54,901 bases of DNA, filler included, from Sluysia triapertura (GCA_046118255.1; 4 parts of 4 records of this genome joined end to end with filler, not necessarily neighbours in it), one strand, 5' to 3'. Counted from the first letter of the whole stretch, positions 39,759-53,200 are shown. Translations and numbers: made by a program. Notes: generated by a model from the letters alone, not told the origin.

Positions 39759-39858
39759 NNNNNNNNNNNNNNNNNNNNNNNNNNNNNNNNNNNNNNNNNN
39801 NNTTAATTAATTAANNNNNNNNNNNNNNNNNNNNNNNNNNNNNNNNNNNNNNNNNNNN
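39759..39858. other. Artificial contig linker
   Basis: N44-TTAATTAATTAA-N44. Confidence 0.98.
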
Positions 39859-40011
39859 TATTTCGAATTTTATTCGAGTTTCGAATAATCGTTCTACATT
39901 TTTTCATGAACAATTTTTTATCGATCGCTTTTTACTTTCTTATAATTTATAAGTCTAAAACGTTATATTAATAAAACCATGAATAATTAATTAAAATTTT
40001 GATTGAAATAG

Positions 40012-40204
40012 AAATTTAATGCTGCTGTCGAAGGCAGAAGAAGATGGCTTGGAATGCTTTAAATTTAATTTTACATTGACTCAGAATTCATTTGGCAAAC
40101 TTCACAAATACGAAATAATCCGAGGTGGACAAAACATTCCTGTTACTATGGAGAATAAAGGAGAATATATTTACGGTGTCGTAGAACTCATTCTTTATAA
40201 ACAG
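40012..40204 (+). CDS. Isolated HECT E3 ubiquitin-ligase exon
   Basis: FTLTQNSFGKLHKYEIIRGGQNIPVTMENKGEYI; flanked by ...aaatag| and |gtaact. Other exons not seen. Confidence 0.7.
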
Positions 40205-40259
40205 GTAACTGTAAGATGATTTTATAATTTAATATAAATATATTTTATAATGGAAAATA

Positions 40260-40430
40260 AAATTGATCGCAAAGTAGAATATAGAAACAAGTGGAACTAT
40301 CACACTTGCTTGGCGAGTAGGAGCGGTTATGGATTCATAAAAATTGAACGAAAAACGAAAAAGGAATGATCACAGACCAGAGCCGCAACAGGCCTGATGA
40401 AGGCCCTTAGAGGACCGACGAGTGAATGAA
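40260..40430 (+). mobile_element. Penelope-like 3' end with decayed hammerhead
   Basis: NIETSGTITLAW resembles the PLE endonuclease end; CTGATGA (40394), stem GGCCCT/AGGACC, then GACG instead of GAAAC. Confidence 0.45.
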
Positions 40431-41822
40431 TGTGTTTATTGTTTACTTTATATTTTGTTGTACGTTGTTTGGTTCTTATTTTTTATATATACTTTGTGAA
40501 CATGCATACTGTTCGTTACAAATATAATTATTTTTTAAATATTTTTTACAGGGCTGTAACTGTTACAGTGCCTGTAACCATTAAATGAATGTATGTGAAA
40601 GAATAAATAAATTATAATATGGCTGAATCAATATTGTGAAAGAAAAATTGGCAACATCAGTGAAATTAGAGAAATATTATTATACATTGAAATTGAGGAA
40701 TTTATTGGTCGTAGTACTAGTGAAAGATACTACATATAAAGTGTGTTCCTATTCTGATATTACCACTTTAGTGTATGAATGATCGATATATCTAACATTT
40801 AAATTATTTTTCAAAATAAATGAATGTTATACGCATAGCTAACATTTTTAAATTTTAATTCAAAAGACGAATAAAAAAAATGTAATAATAACAGTATGAT
40901 GATTATTTATAAAAAAATGGTCTACGCAGGCAACGTTGAGTTTAAAAAATGTGTTTCCAGCACAATTTGCAGTTTTTATAAATTCACATACTAAAGATGA
41001 AAGCCGTGACTTAAAAGTGTACGAATAGTTTTATCAAGACGCTTAAGGTGTGACCAAAAATTTGCAAGACAACGAATCCAAATAAACATAAGGAACAAAA
41101 ATATATTATTACATAACAAAATATGACAATAACGAGCTCCATTTTCTTTTTCATCATTCTTACCGTTCTTATTAATGTTGTATCAATCATGCTAATAAAA
41201 GATCGTCTATTCCAGTTGAACATGTACAGATAAACTATTTACGAGATTCGTCATCATCAAATGTCACTTGTGAAGGCTGCCTAGGTCGTCGATCAAGTAG
41301 TTTACTGTACAATCATTTATATTTTGGATATCTTTTCACACAAACCAATAATATTATTCTTCTCAACACACTCTTATTACGTATTCACAAGTGTTTTAAG
41401 ATGGTTTATTTCTTTCTGTTAAAAATGGTTCAATGTAATTAAATGGCACATCATAATTTAATGTAATCTACACTAACATTAACATTAACCAAAGACTTAA
41501 ATTCATAAAGAACCATTTCAGTTGCTATCAATAATATCTAATAAAATACATTTCTTTGTATGATTTAGTAAACTTTTCGTCATTGTGGCGTCTGATTTGA
41601 AAGTGCGGCAGTAAAATAGGCTGTTGTCATAATTTTCAAAAAATCTTTTTTCTATTGATTTTTTCATTAATATTTTATTATGCCATCATTTATTTAATTT
41701 CAGCTACAATCTCACTAAAAGTCTCAATAATGTGCAGTGAAAATAAGTTTATCGTAATTTAAATTTTGTTAAGACTAAATTAACCTTTTTAGAAATTTTA
41801 TTTATTGTACCACTACTTAATG

Positions 41823-42087
41823 CGGCGGTCTTCACACTTTTTGTGCTGCAACCCCTACGGACTAAAATAAAAATAATTAAGTAAATTTTATTTTACAAAA
41901 AAATTTTTTAACACCAAAAAATTCAAAAAGAAAAATGTACTAGTTTTCTTTCATCTAGTAACATCAATAAAATAAAAGAATTGTATTGAAAATTATTTAT
42001 AATGAGATTTGTCATATTTAAAGAATATTGTCTTTAAGAATGCTATATTGTTTGAAATTTTTCGTGCACCCCTTTTGAAGAACACTG
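41823..42087. mobile_element. 265-bp hAT-type MITE
   Basis: Exact 8-bp TSD ACTTAATG (41815-41822, 42088-42095); imperfect TIR CGGCGGTCTTC / CAGTGTTCTTC. Confidence 0.85.
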
Positions 42088-42109
42088 ACTTAATGCCTAG
42101 GATAAATAT

Positions 42110-44200
42110 TGTGAAGATCGATCAGTTCAAAATGACTTAAATTAATTTAATTTCTTTCGAATATCTCTTCCTACAATTGTTTCTAACTACTCTTCATCTA
42201 GAATTTGAATGTTAATAATCCAATATTTATTGCCATTAAATTATATCGTTGATAAGAAGGCATTTTTACGATTTTCTTTACCATGAGCCATCAAATAATA
42301 TTCATTTGTTCGTGGTGATAACATATTCCTTCTTTTGTCTCTTATTTCGAAGTAATTACTGAAGAAATTTAATTTAAATGAATCATCATTCTCATTGTTT
42401 TTATTACAGTGGTAATTTTATCTTTTGTGATTAAATAATCTATCAAATATGTTACTTCCATTTGATCACGATTCTCTGCACCTGTTTTTTAAAGAACTTA
42501 CTGCTTCTCAAGTTTCCTGCTTTGTTCATCTAGATTTACTTTAACTCTAGTGACTTTTGACCTATTAATTTGTTTTTCTTTGTCTCCTATACATTTTCCC
42601 TAGGCGACCCGAGGTGATGATTGGATAACTTCGTTTAATCTATATTTTAAATAGTAGTATTATATAAAGCTTCGTTATTGTTCAGAACAGTGTTAATTGT
42701 TGTTTCTAATTCATTTATATCTATTGGAGCTTTAAGAGATTCTTCCCATTTTCACAAGTGACAAGATTCATAATACTTATATTTTCTTTCAGAACAAAAC
42801 ATCAGAACTCTATTTCTGAACTGTCTTTCAATTCAGTTCCCTTATTTATTAATATTTCTTGAAGTTGTCTCAAAATACTCATTCCTCTTATTATATTATA
42901 TTTTATGGCCAATTTTTTATAATTCTTGGTATGCAATTTAGAGTCCTAAGTTTATGTTTCATTGATATTTAATTAAGCTGGAAATCATCTAAATAAATTT
43001 CACGATAATTTATATTATGTTGAACTTTATCTAAATTAACTAAATTGGCTTCATTGGTATTTACATTATGCTGAACGTTATCTAAACTAACCTCATGAAT
43101 ATTTATGTCAAATAGATGGCATTATGTCATCATCATCGTTTTAAGAGTTGTGGGAATGTTTTTGATTTTATTTTATCCAGTTTGTTGTAAAAATAGAGAC
43201 AACATTCTTTGAATTATTGATTGATGTAATTAAATTTAATTTTAAAAAATGTAACTTAATTTCTTTTTCTAACAATTCTAAAGAGTAACAACACATAAAT
43301 TTATTACTAAATGATTTAATTATACATTCTAAAAAATGGATAAAAATGGTTACTTTGTTCATCATATTCAGCACGTGAAAACATTTTCAGCATACTATGA
43401 TCCTTGTCAAATAAAAAGAACACAAATCAAATGTCAGTTTATCATAGAAATTTAAAATTACTTTGAATCTGGATTCATCAATATAACTGTGTCCAAAATA
43501 AGCTATTGTCCAAGTCTGGAGTTTGAAACTTGCTGATTTGTAGGTTATGATTGATCCTGTTGTTTTGTAAAGACGAAGCAGACCATCCAAGCGTTCTAAA
43601 TGTGCACTACCAGCCACGTTCGACGCGCTATCGTAGCTCACCTCCAAAACGTTATGAAAATAGTGGCAAGATGTGCCAAACTCGATTCACGTTCCAAATT
43701 TGTCTACTTGGGATGGACATTGTGTCATACATTTCTGCATAAGAACGGTACGACTTGAATTGATAGTAGTAGATTTACCATAATACCTTTTGTAATAGGT
43801 TAACTCGATTGTCGCATTACATCGGTATTTGACTTCATTATCTTTAATCATATCCTATGTGAATCATATGTATTTTGCGGATAAATTTTCTTCAAGCACA
43901 ACAAGTGACAAATTAAAACGTAGTCTTTTAGAAACATCATTAATGATAAATTCAATTTTGTTTCCCGACAGAAACGCTGTAATTCATGAACATTGCCGGA
44001 TTTTATATTTGAAGTGGACAATTTATTAGTATTGAAATAACAATTTTCGAATAACATTCATGAAATTTTATTTTGAAAAGAATTAGGTTCGAGCAATTTT
44101 GTTTTTGGTAAGGTAAAACATATTCAGGGACTAATTTATTGACTACACCATTATGAGACATACATGAACGATGTTGCCTCAATTCTTTGTTCCTGATCGG
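42110..44200 (-). pseudogene. Decayed coding region, possibly a divergent DEG/ENaC ectodomain/TM2 plus tail
   Basis: In order: MLFENCYFN, LRFNLSLVVLE, KCMTQC, YKSASFKLQTW, VILNFYDKLTFD, TIFIHFLECII, resembling DEG/ENaC blocks; many stops. Confidence 0.3.
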
Positions 44201-44207
44201 CTATAAC

Positions 44208-44450
44208 TCAAAATTCAATTATTAACTTTCCATCATAAATTGCATCTACTTTTCTGATCATTTCTTCCACTTCAGTAACTGATCGATTTTGTAACATTTT
44301 TATTGCTGAAGTTGATTCGTGGATCTCAATATATCGACTTTTATCTTTATCAAACCTTTTAAATGCTTTTCGTAGTTCTTCATATTCTTCATGAGAATTA
44401 TAAAATTCTTTTCGCCCTTGTTTGTTCGATTTCGTTGACTTTTTGAACAT
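44208..44450 (-). CDS. Calmodulin-like EF-hand pair (80 aa), probably degenerate
   Basis: EELRKAFKRFDKDKSRYIEIHE and EVEEMIRKVDAIYDGKLIIEF. Confidence 0.75.
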   Translation of the reverse strand: MFKKSTKSNKQGRKEFYNSHEEYEELRKAFKRFDKDKSRYIEIHESTSAIKMLQNRSVTEVEEMIRKVDAIYDGKLIIEF

Positions 44451-44730
44451 TTTATAATACTAAATGGCAGTAAAATATGAAAACAAACGTGTATTTTAGT
44501 TTCTTTTAAATTTGTTCAAATATTAACTATGGATAATATTATGATTAACTAAAATGACTAAAAATACCTTTTTATAAAATCTAAAATTTCTCTATATTTT
44601 TCTTAACACCTTTTAGCACAAAAGCTGTCTGAATTTATTGAGTAATTATCTATATTGAATTTTTATTTGTCAGCTATTTTTGTTCACTTTATTTTTAACA
44701 TTTATATATTGAAAAGAACCTCAGGCAATG

Positions 44731-45446
44731 ATTGGTTGGTGAATCAGAGTCTATACAAAAGCAAAATCAGTATTGATTCAACCAATAGTAAGGTGTAAAT
44801 GCATGCCTGTTACCACGTAGTTTTTAAAACTAATGAATCAGTTATTGAGAAATTCAATTTTTGCGAAAAATCATTTGTCGAAATTGACAGAGATTAATTA
44901 AAACTTTTGAATGTCAATGATTATATAATAATAAAATAAAATTAACAATAATAGAGTAATAATAATAATAATAATGAAAATGAAAATGAAAAAATAAAAA
45001 TGTTGATAATAGCAATGAATTTAATAATAATAAATAATATCAACAACAATAAAATAAAATTAATATTATACAATATAAAATGCTAAAATAACAAAAACGC
45101 ATAAATCTTTTCTTCTTGTAAATAAAATTCTTTTTAGTTCTTTTCTTTGTGCGGTGACGACAACAAAATGAATTGTGAAAATAATTGATGAAAGATGTTA
45201 AAGAAATTCCATTTTGATTAGAATGTTAAAAAATGACTTTAAGATGTAAAATTAATGATTGAGTGATTTAAAAATTGTGAACTTGAAATGTTTTGGATTA
45301 ATTTAAAATTTACGTTTAATAATTTTAGATGATCGAAAGTATTTAAAATTTTAATGAGTCTGAAAAAGTAATATGTAAAATGTTAAGAAATGTGATATTT
45401 AGTGTATAATAATGATTTGAATTTATAATGAAAATGTTGGTCACCA
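44731..45446 (+). repeat. G+T-skewed cassette, copy E
   Basis: ATTGG..CCAAT inverted pair, AATGCATGCCTGTTAC, AAT spacer, TAGTTCTTTTCTTTGT, body, TTGGTCACCA. Homologous to the reverse complement of 48120-49340. Confidence 0.75.
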
Positions 45447-45779
45447 CACAAATAATTTTTTAAATATAAAAATTAAATTCACAAAATATATAACAATGTT
45501 CTGATTTGGTATACAGAGTTTCTATTCCAAACTGGGAAAAATTTCCATGAAACAACGTAATATCACCGATCGTTATGATTTCTTGTTATTATTATCATAA
45601 TTTGGTTTATACCAATACTATGACTAGTACTAGAGCCGGTAAAATTGACACAATTGAAATAGTTAGCATTTTAAAATAAATGGTGAATGAAATTAGTTTA
45701 TATTTGATTATCTCACAAATTTTCGTAAAATTGTAGCGCATAACCTAATGGATTTAACAGTGTAACATAAAATGAATTA

Positions 45780-46910
45780 AAAGGTTAAAGTTAAATTTAC
45801 TTTGATAAACGTGGATTCACGATAATATATTTCAGTACTTACTAATAATTCATCGATGAAACGAAATAATCGTTTAATGAAAGTCAACGAACTATAGGGT
45901 AAGTTTTATTGATCAAAATAGTATATTACAAAACAATTATAATATAGATATTATTAATCACGAAGTATACTATAAGATAATTTCAATCATTACAAGAATT
46001 ATAATACAATAGTGACTTTATATTGATTTTTTATCGAATTTGATTTTTAAAATGATTTAATAGTTATTTTAAACTAACTTAAATAAAAATATTTTAAGTG
46101 TGAGATTATTACTCCCGCAAATCAGCTGACCTACAATAAATTAACTTACAAAACTAATACAAAATTCAATGCACTGCTTGAATTATCCATTGTGGATTTG
46201 AGCAATTAAATGTATCTTTTAAAAATCGAAAAGTCACTTGAATTTTAATAAATACTAAAATCAATTAATAATTTTACTTTAATATTAAAAAATATTCCAA
46301 AAATATTTGACTAAATATTTCAGCTGTTATAAAGATATTAAAATTAATTAATTTTAACTTTATTATGATTTTTAACTAATTATTTATTTTTAATTTTAAA
46401 CTGATTTTAACTTTTAACTATAAATTTATAATTTTTTGACTTTACAATAACTTAAATTAATTGTGGATAATTATCTAAACATGCCAATGTTATTAGATAA
46501 ATCAATGAAATCTAAAGAAATGCAACTTGAATCGAAACTGATTTTGTCGAAACCGGTGTTGATACAGCGGTACCAGAATATAAAAATGAAATTAATAAAG
46601 CTTGACAGAAACAGGAAGTCCGAGAAACTATTCTATATAAGAAAGTAGCATTGCCAAAACATATTATTGTGTGTGTGTTGCTGAAATATCAATAATCAAA
46701 TACATATTCTGATGATCAGGAATTAACAAATTTGTAAAACCAATATTGTCACTTACTGATGAAGATTTTAGTGTCAGAACAAAAACTAGATATAAAATAA
46801 TTTTAATTTGATTAAGTCAGAATTGATACGAAATATTCATATCAAATTATACATTGTTACAGATGAGGACAAAGCAATCTTAGTTTGAAAGCACAAATTA
46901 TGTGGTATAT
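45780..46910 (+). mobile_element. Decayed Penelope-like element with hammerhead-like array
   Basis: VKFTL.. and KSTNYRVSFIDQNS resemble PLE RT thumb; LLDK...LESKLILSKPVL.Q resembles the GIY-YIG end; CTGATGA cores from 46709. Confidence 0.5.
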
Positions 46911-47638
46911 TCGTTTTTCCGAATATTGTTACTCCAGACTTACCACATAATCATTCACAGATTTTATCGTTAATGAAACAGTTATATCTAAATACTATTC
47001 CGTATTTTGCTCCTTATCTATGTGACATTTTCATTAAGATAAAGAATCATTTTATCTTTATTATTTCATATTCACTTGACCTTTCCTGAAATATCATTTT
47101 TATCTGAAAATATACTTTATCGAATCATAACTTTAACCATTCGAAAGCCATCAAATCTTTCAAATTTGAATAAATAAAATATCGAAAGTTTTGGAAAAAA
47201 TGCCTATAATTGTGATGCTGATTATTTTAATTATTAAAAGTTTGTTTAGAATTTATTAAATTTAATTTTATTTAAATTTTAATAACAATATATACAAATG
47301 GTTTTTATACATTACTATTAAAGTATTACTTTTAGAAATAATAAGTAATAAAATTTAATAAAAATTCGATGAATTCATTTTTGAAATCGAAGCTGATTAT
47401 AAAAGTAGATTTGAAATCAGCACAAATCAAAAAATAATAAGTAATTAAATTAAGAAGCTTGTGTTTAGTCTGATATTGTCAAAACTGTCATTATAAGCTG
47501 GAAGTTTACAGACATTTTCAGAAAACATTGAGATATTCGAATATCATTATAGAAAATTTTAGAAATAATAACTGATTTTAATTAGATTAAATAAAGACTT
47601 TATGAATTATTGTAATAATATTGTAAATAAAGTATTAA

Positions 47639-47680
47639 CCTCTCTGCCGCCGCTGGGACCAATTGGTCCCACAGGTATTT
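47639..47680 (+). mobile_element. piggyBac-like terminus (orphan)
   Basis: TTAA|CCTCTCTGCCGCC followed by the palindrome TGGGACCAATTGGTCCCA. Confidence 0.45.
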
Positions 47681-48119
47681 GTGCAAGTTTTAGAGGATTA
47701 AATAAGGACAATGTTTTGCATAATCGTTTCTGCTTTTAAAGTGTGTGCACAAAGTTATTTCAATAATATACCACCATTTTGTGTTAAAATATTTGAATAA
47801 AATAAAATAAGTGAAGATATTGTAATGTCTAAAGTTATTATTACTTTTGTTAGAAGATGGGCAGATTGCTTCAGAACATTCCAGACTATATTACACTTTG
47901 ATAGAGAATACCAAATTTACCAATTTTCATATTTTATGCTATTTTATTGGAAATTCATGAAAAATTATGATGTAAATGTAATCATAGCATACATAATTAC
48001 AATATAGAAAATAACAAATAAATAAAGCGGATAAAAATATAGCCAGAAATATTATATAGAATGTAATTAGGTATTATATGGAGTTAATATTTCATAGTAA
48101 GTACAGTATCTTAAGATTT

Positions 48120-49340
48120 TGGTAGCCAATCTATTATTTTTTCTTGACATAACATATTACAACATTTTACAACGCTTAATACCATCAAACATGTTAAACA
48201 TAAAATTTCATATCAATTTAAATACTCTTACATCTAAATCTTTTCATATTTCATCTCCTTTACTTCTAATAAAACCTCATTACAAATTTCTCAAAACATT
48301 TCTATTTCATACTTTATAACATTAAAATTACATTCACACACATTAAACTTTATTTAGAACATTTCAACACATATTTCACAGTATCAAAGTTACAATTACA
48401 TTTAAAACCATCAATTTACAATTTAAAGTTTATTTAAAACACCTCAATTCACAAGCTTACAATATCAAAATCATAATGATTCGCAAAGCCATCAATGTTT
48501 GCAGAAACGTCCTTTTAAAGTTATCTAAAATTATCTATATCTAAAAACTCTTCTAAAATATGTATAAAGGATTTTATAACAGTAGAATCACAATCACATC
48601 TTAAATTAACGAACAGACATCTTCAAATTAATTCAAAATATCTCAAATTCATAATCCTCATCATTCAATCCCTAATATTATTGAAAACATTAAATTAACA
48701 TTTTGAAACCATTTTAGACATTGCAATCGAAACAACATTCTTTAAACATTTTCGTATCGATCGTTTCTGTCAAACATTTTCTTATTATCTCCTCCATAAC
48801 TTATATCTTCGTATAAACCGAACAATCTCTTTTAAAGGAAATAAGAAACATAACAATGTTTCAAAAGCATTCGAAGAAAGAAATGAATTATCAATGAATA
48901 TAATCAACAAAGAAAAGAACTAGAAATAACTTTATTTGAAGTATTAAGCTAAAAGGATTTCATTTTAATCATATTTTTAAGAAATTTTAATATGTTAAGG
49001 AAATTGTACAGATTAATTAAAAGACGGATTGTGTTATGAGCATAAAGAAAAGAATTTATGTTTTAGTTAATTTATTATTATCATTATTTTATTTTACGCT
49101 TATTCAATTGTAATTATTTTATTATTATAACCAGCAATATTAACAATTAACCATATGACATGGTAACTATTTATTTAACCAAATTACATTTACCTGTCAC
49201 AATTTTAATTACCATTTTTGTCAGTATATAATCTAAATAGTGACAGGTATGCATTGAACCAACATGCTAATATTACTCTCGTGATTGGATATTCAATCAA
49301 ACTCATTCACGATGTTCCATTTTGATTGGGTACCTAATCA
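48120..49340 (-). repeat. G+T-skewed cassette, copy F
   Basis: Several CCAAT, AATGCATACCTGTCAC, TAGTTCTTTTCTTTGT, body, TTGGCTACCA on the minus strand. Confidence 0.75.
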
Positions 49341-49561
49341 GCAAATTCTTCACAATTGTTTACTTATCATTAAACACACTTAGATTCACAATAATTTCTA
49401 TACTGCTAGCTGACCAATAGTACTTCCTCATAGTACGTTACATACAATTAATAATATTCACGTGGTCAGCCAACCACATTTCAGACTAAACAATTATAGA
49501 GAAATAAATTGTTCAACGAAAAACGTGTGCCAAACTAAAATAAGCTCAAAAACACCAAAAT

Positions 49562-49903
49562 AATACTCCAAGGTATGTCATAATCAAGATAGATAATAGT
49601 GTACACATCCCTATCGATATCCATTCAGTCGTTATTAAGAGTAAATCTACACAATTAGTAAAAAATATATCTAAACTCGAATCTAGGACCGTCAGTTTAA
49701 AACATAATTACGATTATAAGATGCCACCTTATAAAAACTCGCGAATTTATGATTATCGATCTAAATATTATAAATGCGGCTTGCGTTTGTTCGCAAAAAC
49801 ACAAAGCGGAACATATTCCAGATATGGCGCAGATTGCATCTTCAGTCATGATTCTCTTGAAACTATCATCAACAGTATATTTCAAGATTCAACAAGATTT
49901 TGA
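49562..49903 (+). pseudogene. Fragment with degenerate CCCH zinc-finger-like motif
   Basis: YKCGLRLFAKTQSGTYSRYGADCIFSHD; followed by a GT..AG intron-like stretch near 49905-49978. Confidence 0.35.
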
Positions 49904-50269
49904 GGTAATAACAAGTTTTGATTTAATTTATTTTCATTTAAAACCAATTATATATTTACTGTATCCATTTTTCTTCAGAAGAACGAGGCATATTCGGAAT
50001 GAAGATGATTGTAATAAGAATTTAAATTTAAACAATAAATATTCTTATATAATAAATCGTTTTAGTTTTTGATACTATACTTTTTCGTTAATTAATAAAG
50101 CTAAATTTAATTTAATCTACAAACATCATATTTTCATTAAATATGCTTTTCGAATATTATTAATATCGAATAAATCTAAAGTGTTTATAGCTTCATTTAA
50201 TTGTAACAATTTTGGATTTAATATTTTGATAACTTATTTTAATACATTACTGCAACTGAATTTATCACA

Positions 50270-53200
50270 ACATGCCTGGGCAAATGTTCTCTAGACAAAA
50301 GTTAACATATATGATATTTTTGCGCACTTAAACCATAAATAATCCGAGTGAGAATGGTTTGTCAGAGGGTTACTTTTCATATGGCAAGACATGTACGTGT
50401 TTTCCAAATATGGCTGTTGGAAAGATTGATCAGCTCATGTAGATATTTCCACACTTTATCATTATGAAACCTACTGGTGTCGGATTAAATGGACAATTTA
50501 ATTTGATCATCCTTGAGAATGGAATTCTAATTTTACACTACCAGGTTTGTAATCATGCAGTCTTATCAACTTGACATCAATTTAACCAATATAGTGAATG
50601 AGTTACTCAGTTACCTGCTTTAGGTGATTCTCTGAAACCATCATAATTACGGAATGCGCAGACTACATTTTGACAAATATAGTCATCTTAAGCATAAATC
50701 ACACTAAGATCTCCATGATTTTTATGAGCATAAAAGAAACAATTATTAAGGGGAAACTGTTTCGAGCCCAGAAATAATTTGAAGATCTTGTGGATTATTT
50801 CGTTATAACCTACCGATTTGGAGAGATTCCTGGATTGTTTGCTATGAGGACTAGTGAAAGTTTGAGTATTGATATTGAGGCTACGTGAGTGTAAGAAGTT
50901 TCCATATATAAGAAAATTACTTTGGCAAGTGAGACTGCACGTCTGAATCTTGCGGGCATATTCAAGATTTTTCTGCAAAAGTTTCTGAAAACTTTGTTTC
51001 TTCAGTTCGCCAAATGGGATCCCTAAGTAAATCATATTAGTATCATTGTATTGTTAATGCTAAAGCAAAGTTAACTTTCAGTGATGTAGTAGAAGCATTT
51101 AGTTGGGAGGAAAATAAATTTTGATGACTTAGCTTGCTCAACAACACGATTTATGACCTGTTGTAGTTGTTCGTGTGATGTGTGGATTAGGACAATGTCA
51201 TCTTCATAAATGAGATATTACGGAAATGAAATGCCATTAATCAAGAAGTCGTCCTTTGGGGGAAGGAATGAAATAAAAAGACAATGGAAATACAAAATAG
51301 TGTCACTGACAATGGAAACTAGTGGTACTGTCATCACAAATGTTCTTAAGGAGGTTGATGGAGACCCAGTGAAGAAAGTGTTTGGAAGATGAGCCGGTGA
51401 GGCACAGACCCAAAAGCGTTGGCACTTTCAAGAAATACGGTATAAAGTTTCTTCTGCACTGTCTTCTTATGGTTCAAAGAAGCAATAATATCCTGAAGAC
51501 TGTACAGCAAGAAATTATGTTCAGTTTAGCCACCAGAGCTAAGAAGTGAATCCAAGATAAAAGGCGATCATTGGCAAATATTCTATATGTGGAATAAAGG
51601 ATCGCAATTTCTCGCCACGAGCTCAACTTCATGAACGGCGTGGAATTTGCTCCGTTAATGATAAGAAGAGTGGTAAATGCTTTCCAAGGCTTTGTTATAT
51701 TTTGTATACGCAATATTTTATTAAATAGGAAACAATGTAATTTTCCTGCAGGAACTATATCTGTGATAGTCGCAAAAGTGATGGTATTAGGACCAGGGAC
51801 ATATTTCTTACAAAATTTCATGGTCATTGCAACTTCATTTTCAGTAATGGGTTTATTCGTTGAGCATTCTATAAAGCGCGGGTGAAGAATCACTTTCGAG
51901 GCATCAAATGGAGGAAAATTCCCGTACTATAATATTGACACATATCTTATGCAGAAGCAGTAATTGGAGGAGAATCAATTCCTATCACTAAGTGAAACAA
52001 TTTCGTTTAATTCTCATCGGAGATTTATCGAGATCGTGATTGTCCGGAGGCTTCAAGGATTGGGATTGCTTCATCTGTGCTAAGAAACTTTGGGGGATGA
52101 AGTCTTAGAATTAGATCGCAGAAATCAGAAAGTGCCTCATATATGGACAAATTCGCAACACTGATTAGGGAATTTCATAAGGATTGTAGCGATGGATGAG
52201 GATGTTTACTATTATTGCCCTCCACGGATTGGGTCACAACATTATAGAAGATCTCAAGCTTGGCACCAATGTATGGGATAATAAAAATAATAATATCTGG
52301 ATTGCAATTGTACTGAAACGCAATATTGCAGATAAAAGGACCGCAGTCAATTGGTCCTGCTGAGTAGGATAAGGAATGGCGCGGCGTTGATATCCCTGCG
52401 CTTTAGGATAAATTCGCAGAATGGTATAGTCAAGCATAATCTTACCAATGTAGTCACCTAAGAGAAACCGGTTTCGTGAATACAGATCAAGTGAGTTAAT
52501 AATTTTATAGGAATTAGAATCCCGATTAAAAATGATCAAAATCAAATGACATTTTATATTTGTGATGCAAGAGAAGTAAAGCCAGTTTGAGCATTTACAG
52601 AGGGAGAAATTGTTCAGAAAGGCTTGAGCATCGCCAAACCGAACAAAATTATTTGTGATGCAAACAACAACTACTGAATCGGAGTCAGAAATATAAGCAG
52701 TGAGAGGAAGTGAATTTGACTCATTAACTAAGTCAAGATCTATCGCTGTAGGAACAATGGATACACTATCAACACGTGTTGGGTGAGTTCTGCGTGACTA
52801 TCAAATACCATCGAGCACGAACATTTCGTTGTTATTGGAATACCAGTGGTATTGTGCTTTCGGCTTAGATGTCGCCGCAAGCTAGTCCCATCATTAGTGT
52901 TAAGTTTTGTTTTATGTCACAAGCAACACATTTTACCTGGTCTGGGGAAGTTACAGTTTTTCAGGAATAACTGGCAAGGTACTTCCCTTTTTACCCGAAG
53001 CATTCAGTATATTTATCTAATCAATATGAAATGTAATGCATTCCACCCAATGTTGGATTGATCCACAAATGAATTTAAACCAGAGATCACTAAGCGCAAC
53101 GGTGAGCTGGTGTTTGCTGCTAAAGTGTTTTTGATTTACCTATTATTAGTAGGATTTTTAATTATTAGGGATTTCGTTGTGCTTTTATTACGAGCACATT

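Noticed and set aside
40012-40204. Functional link between the HECT exon and the PPxY protein
   Set aside because: Separated by an artificial linker; no WW domains seen.
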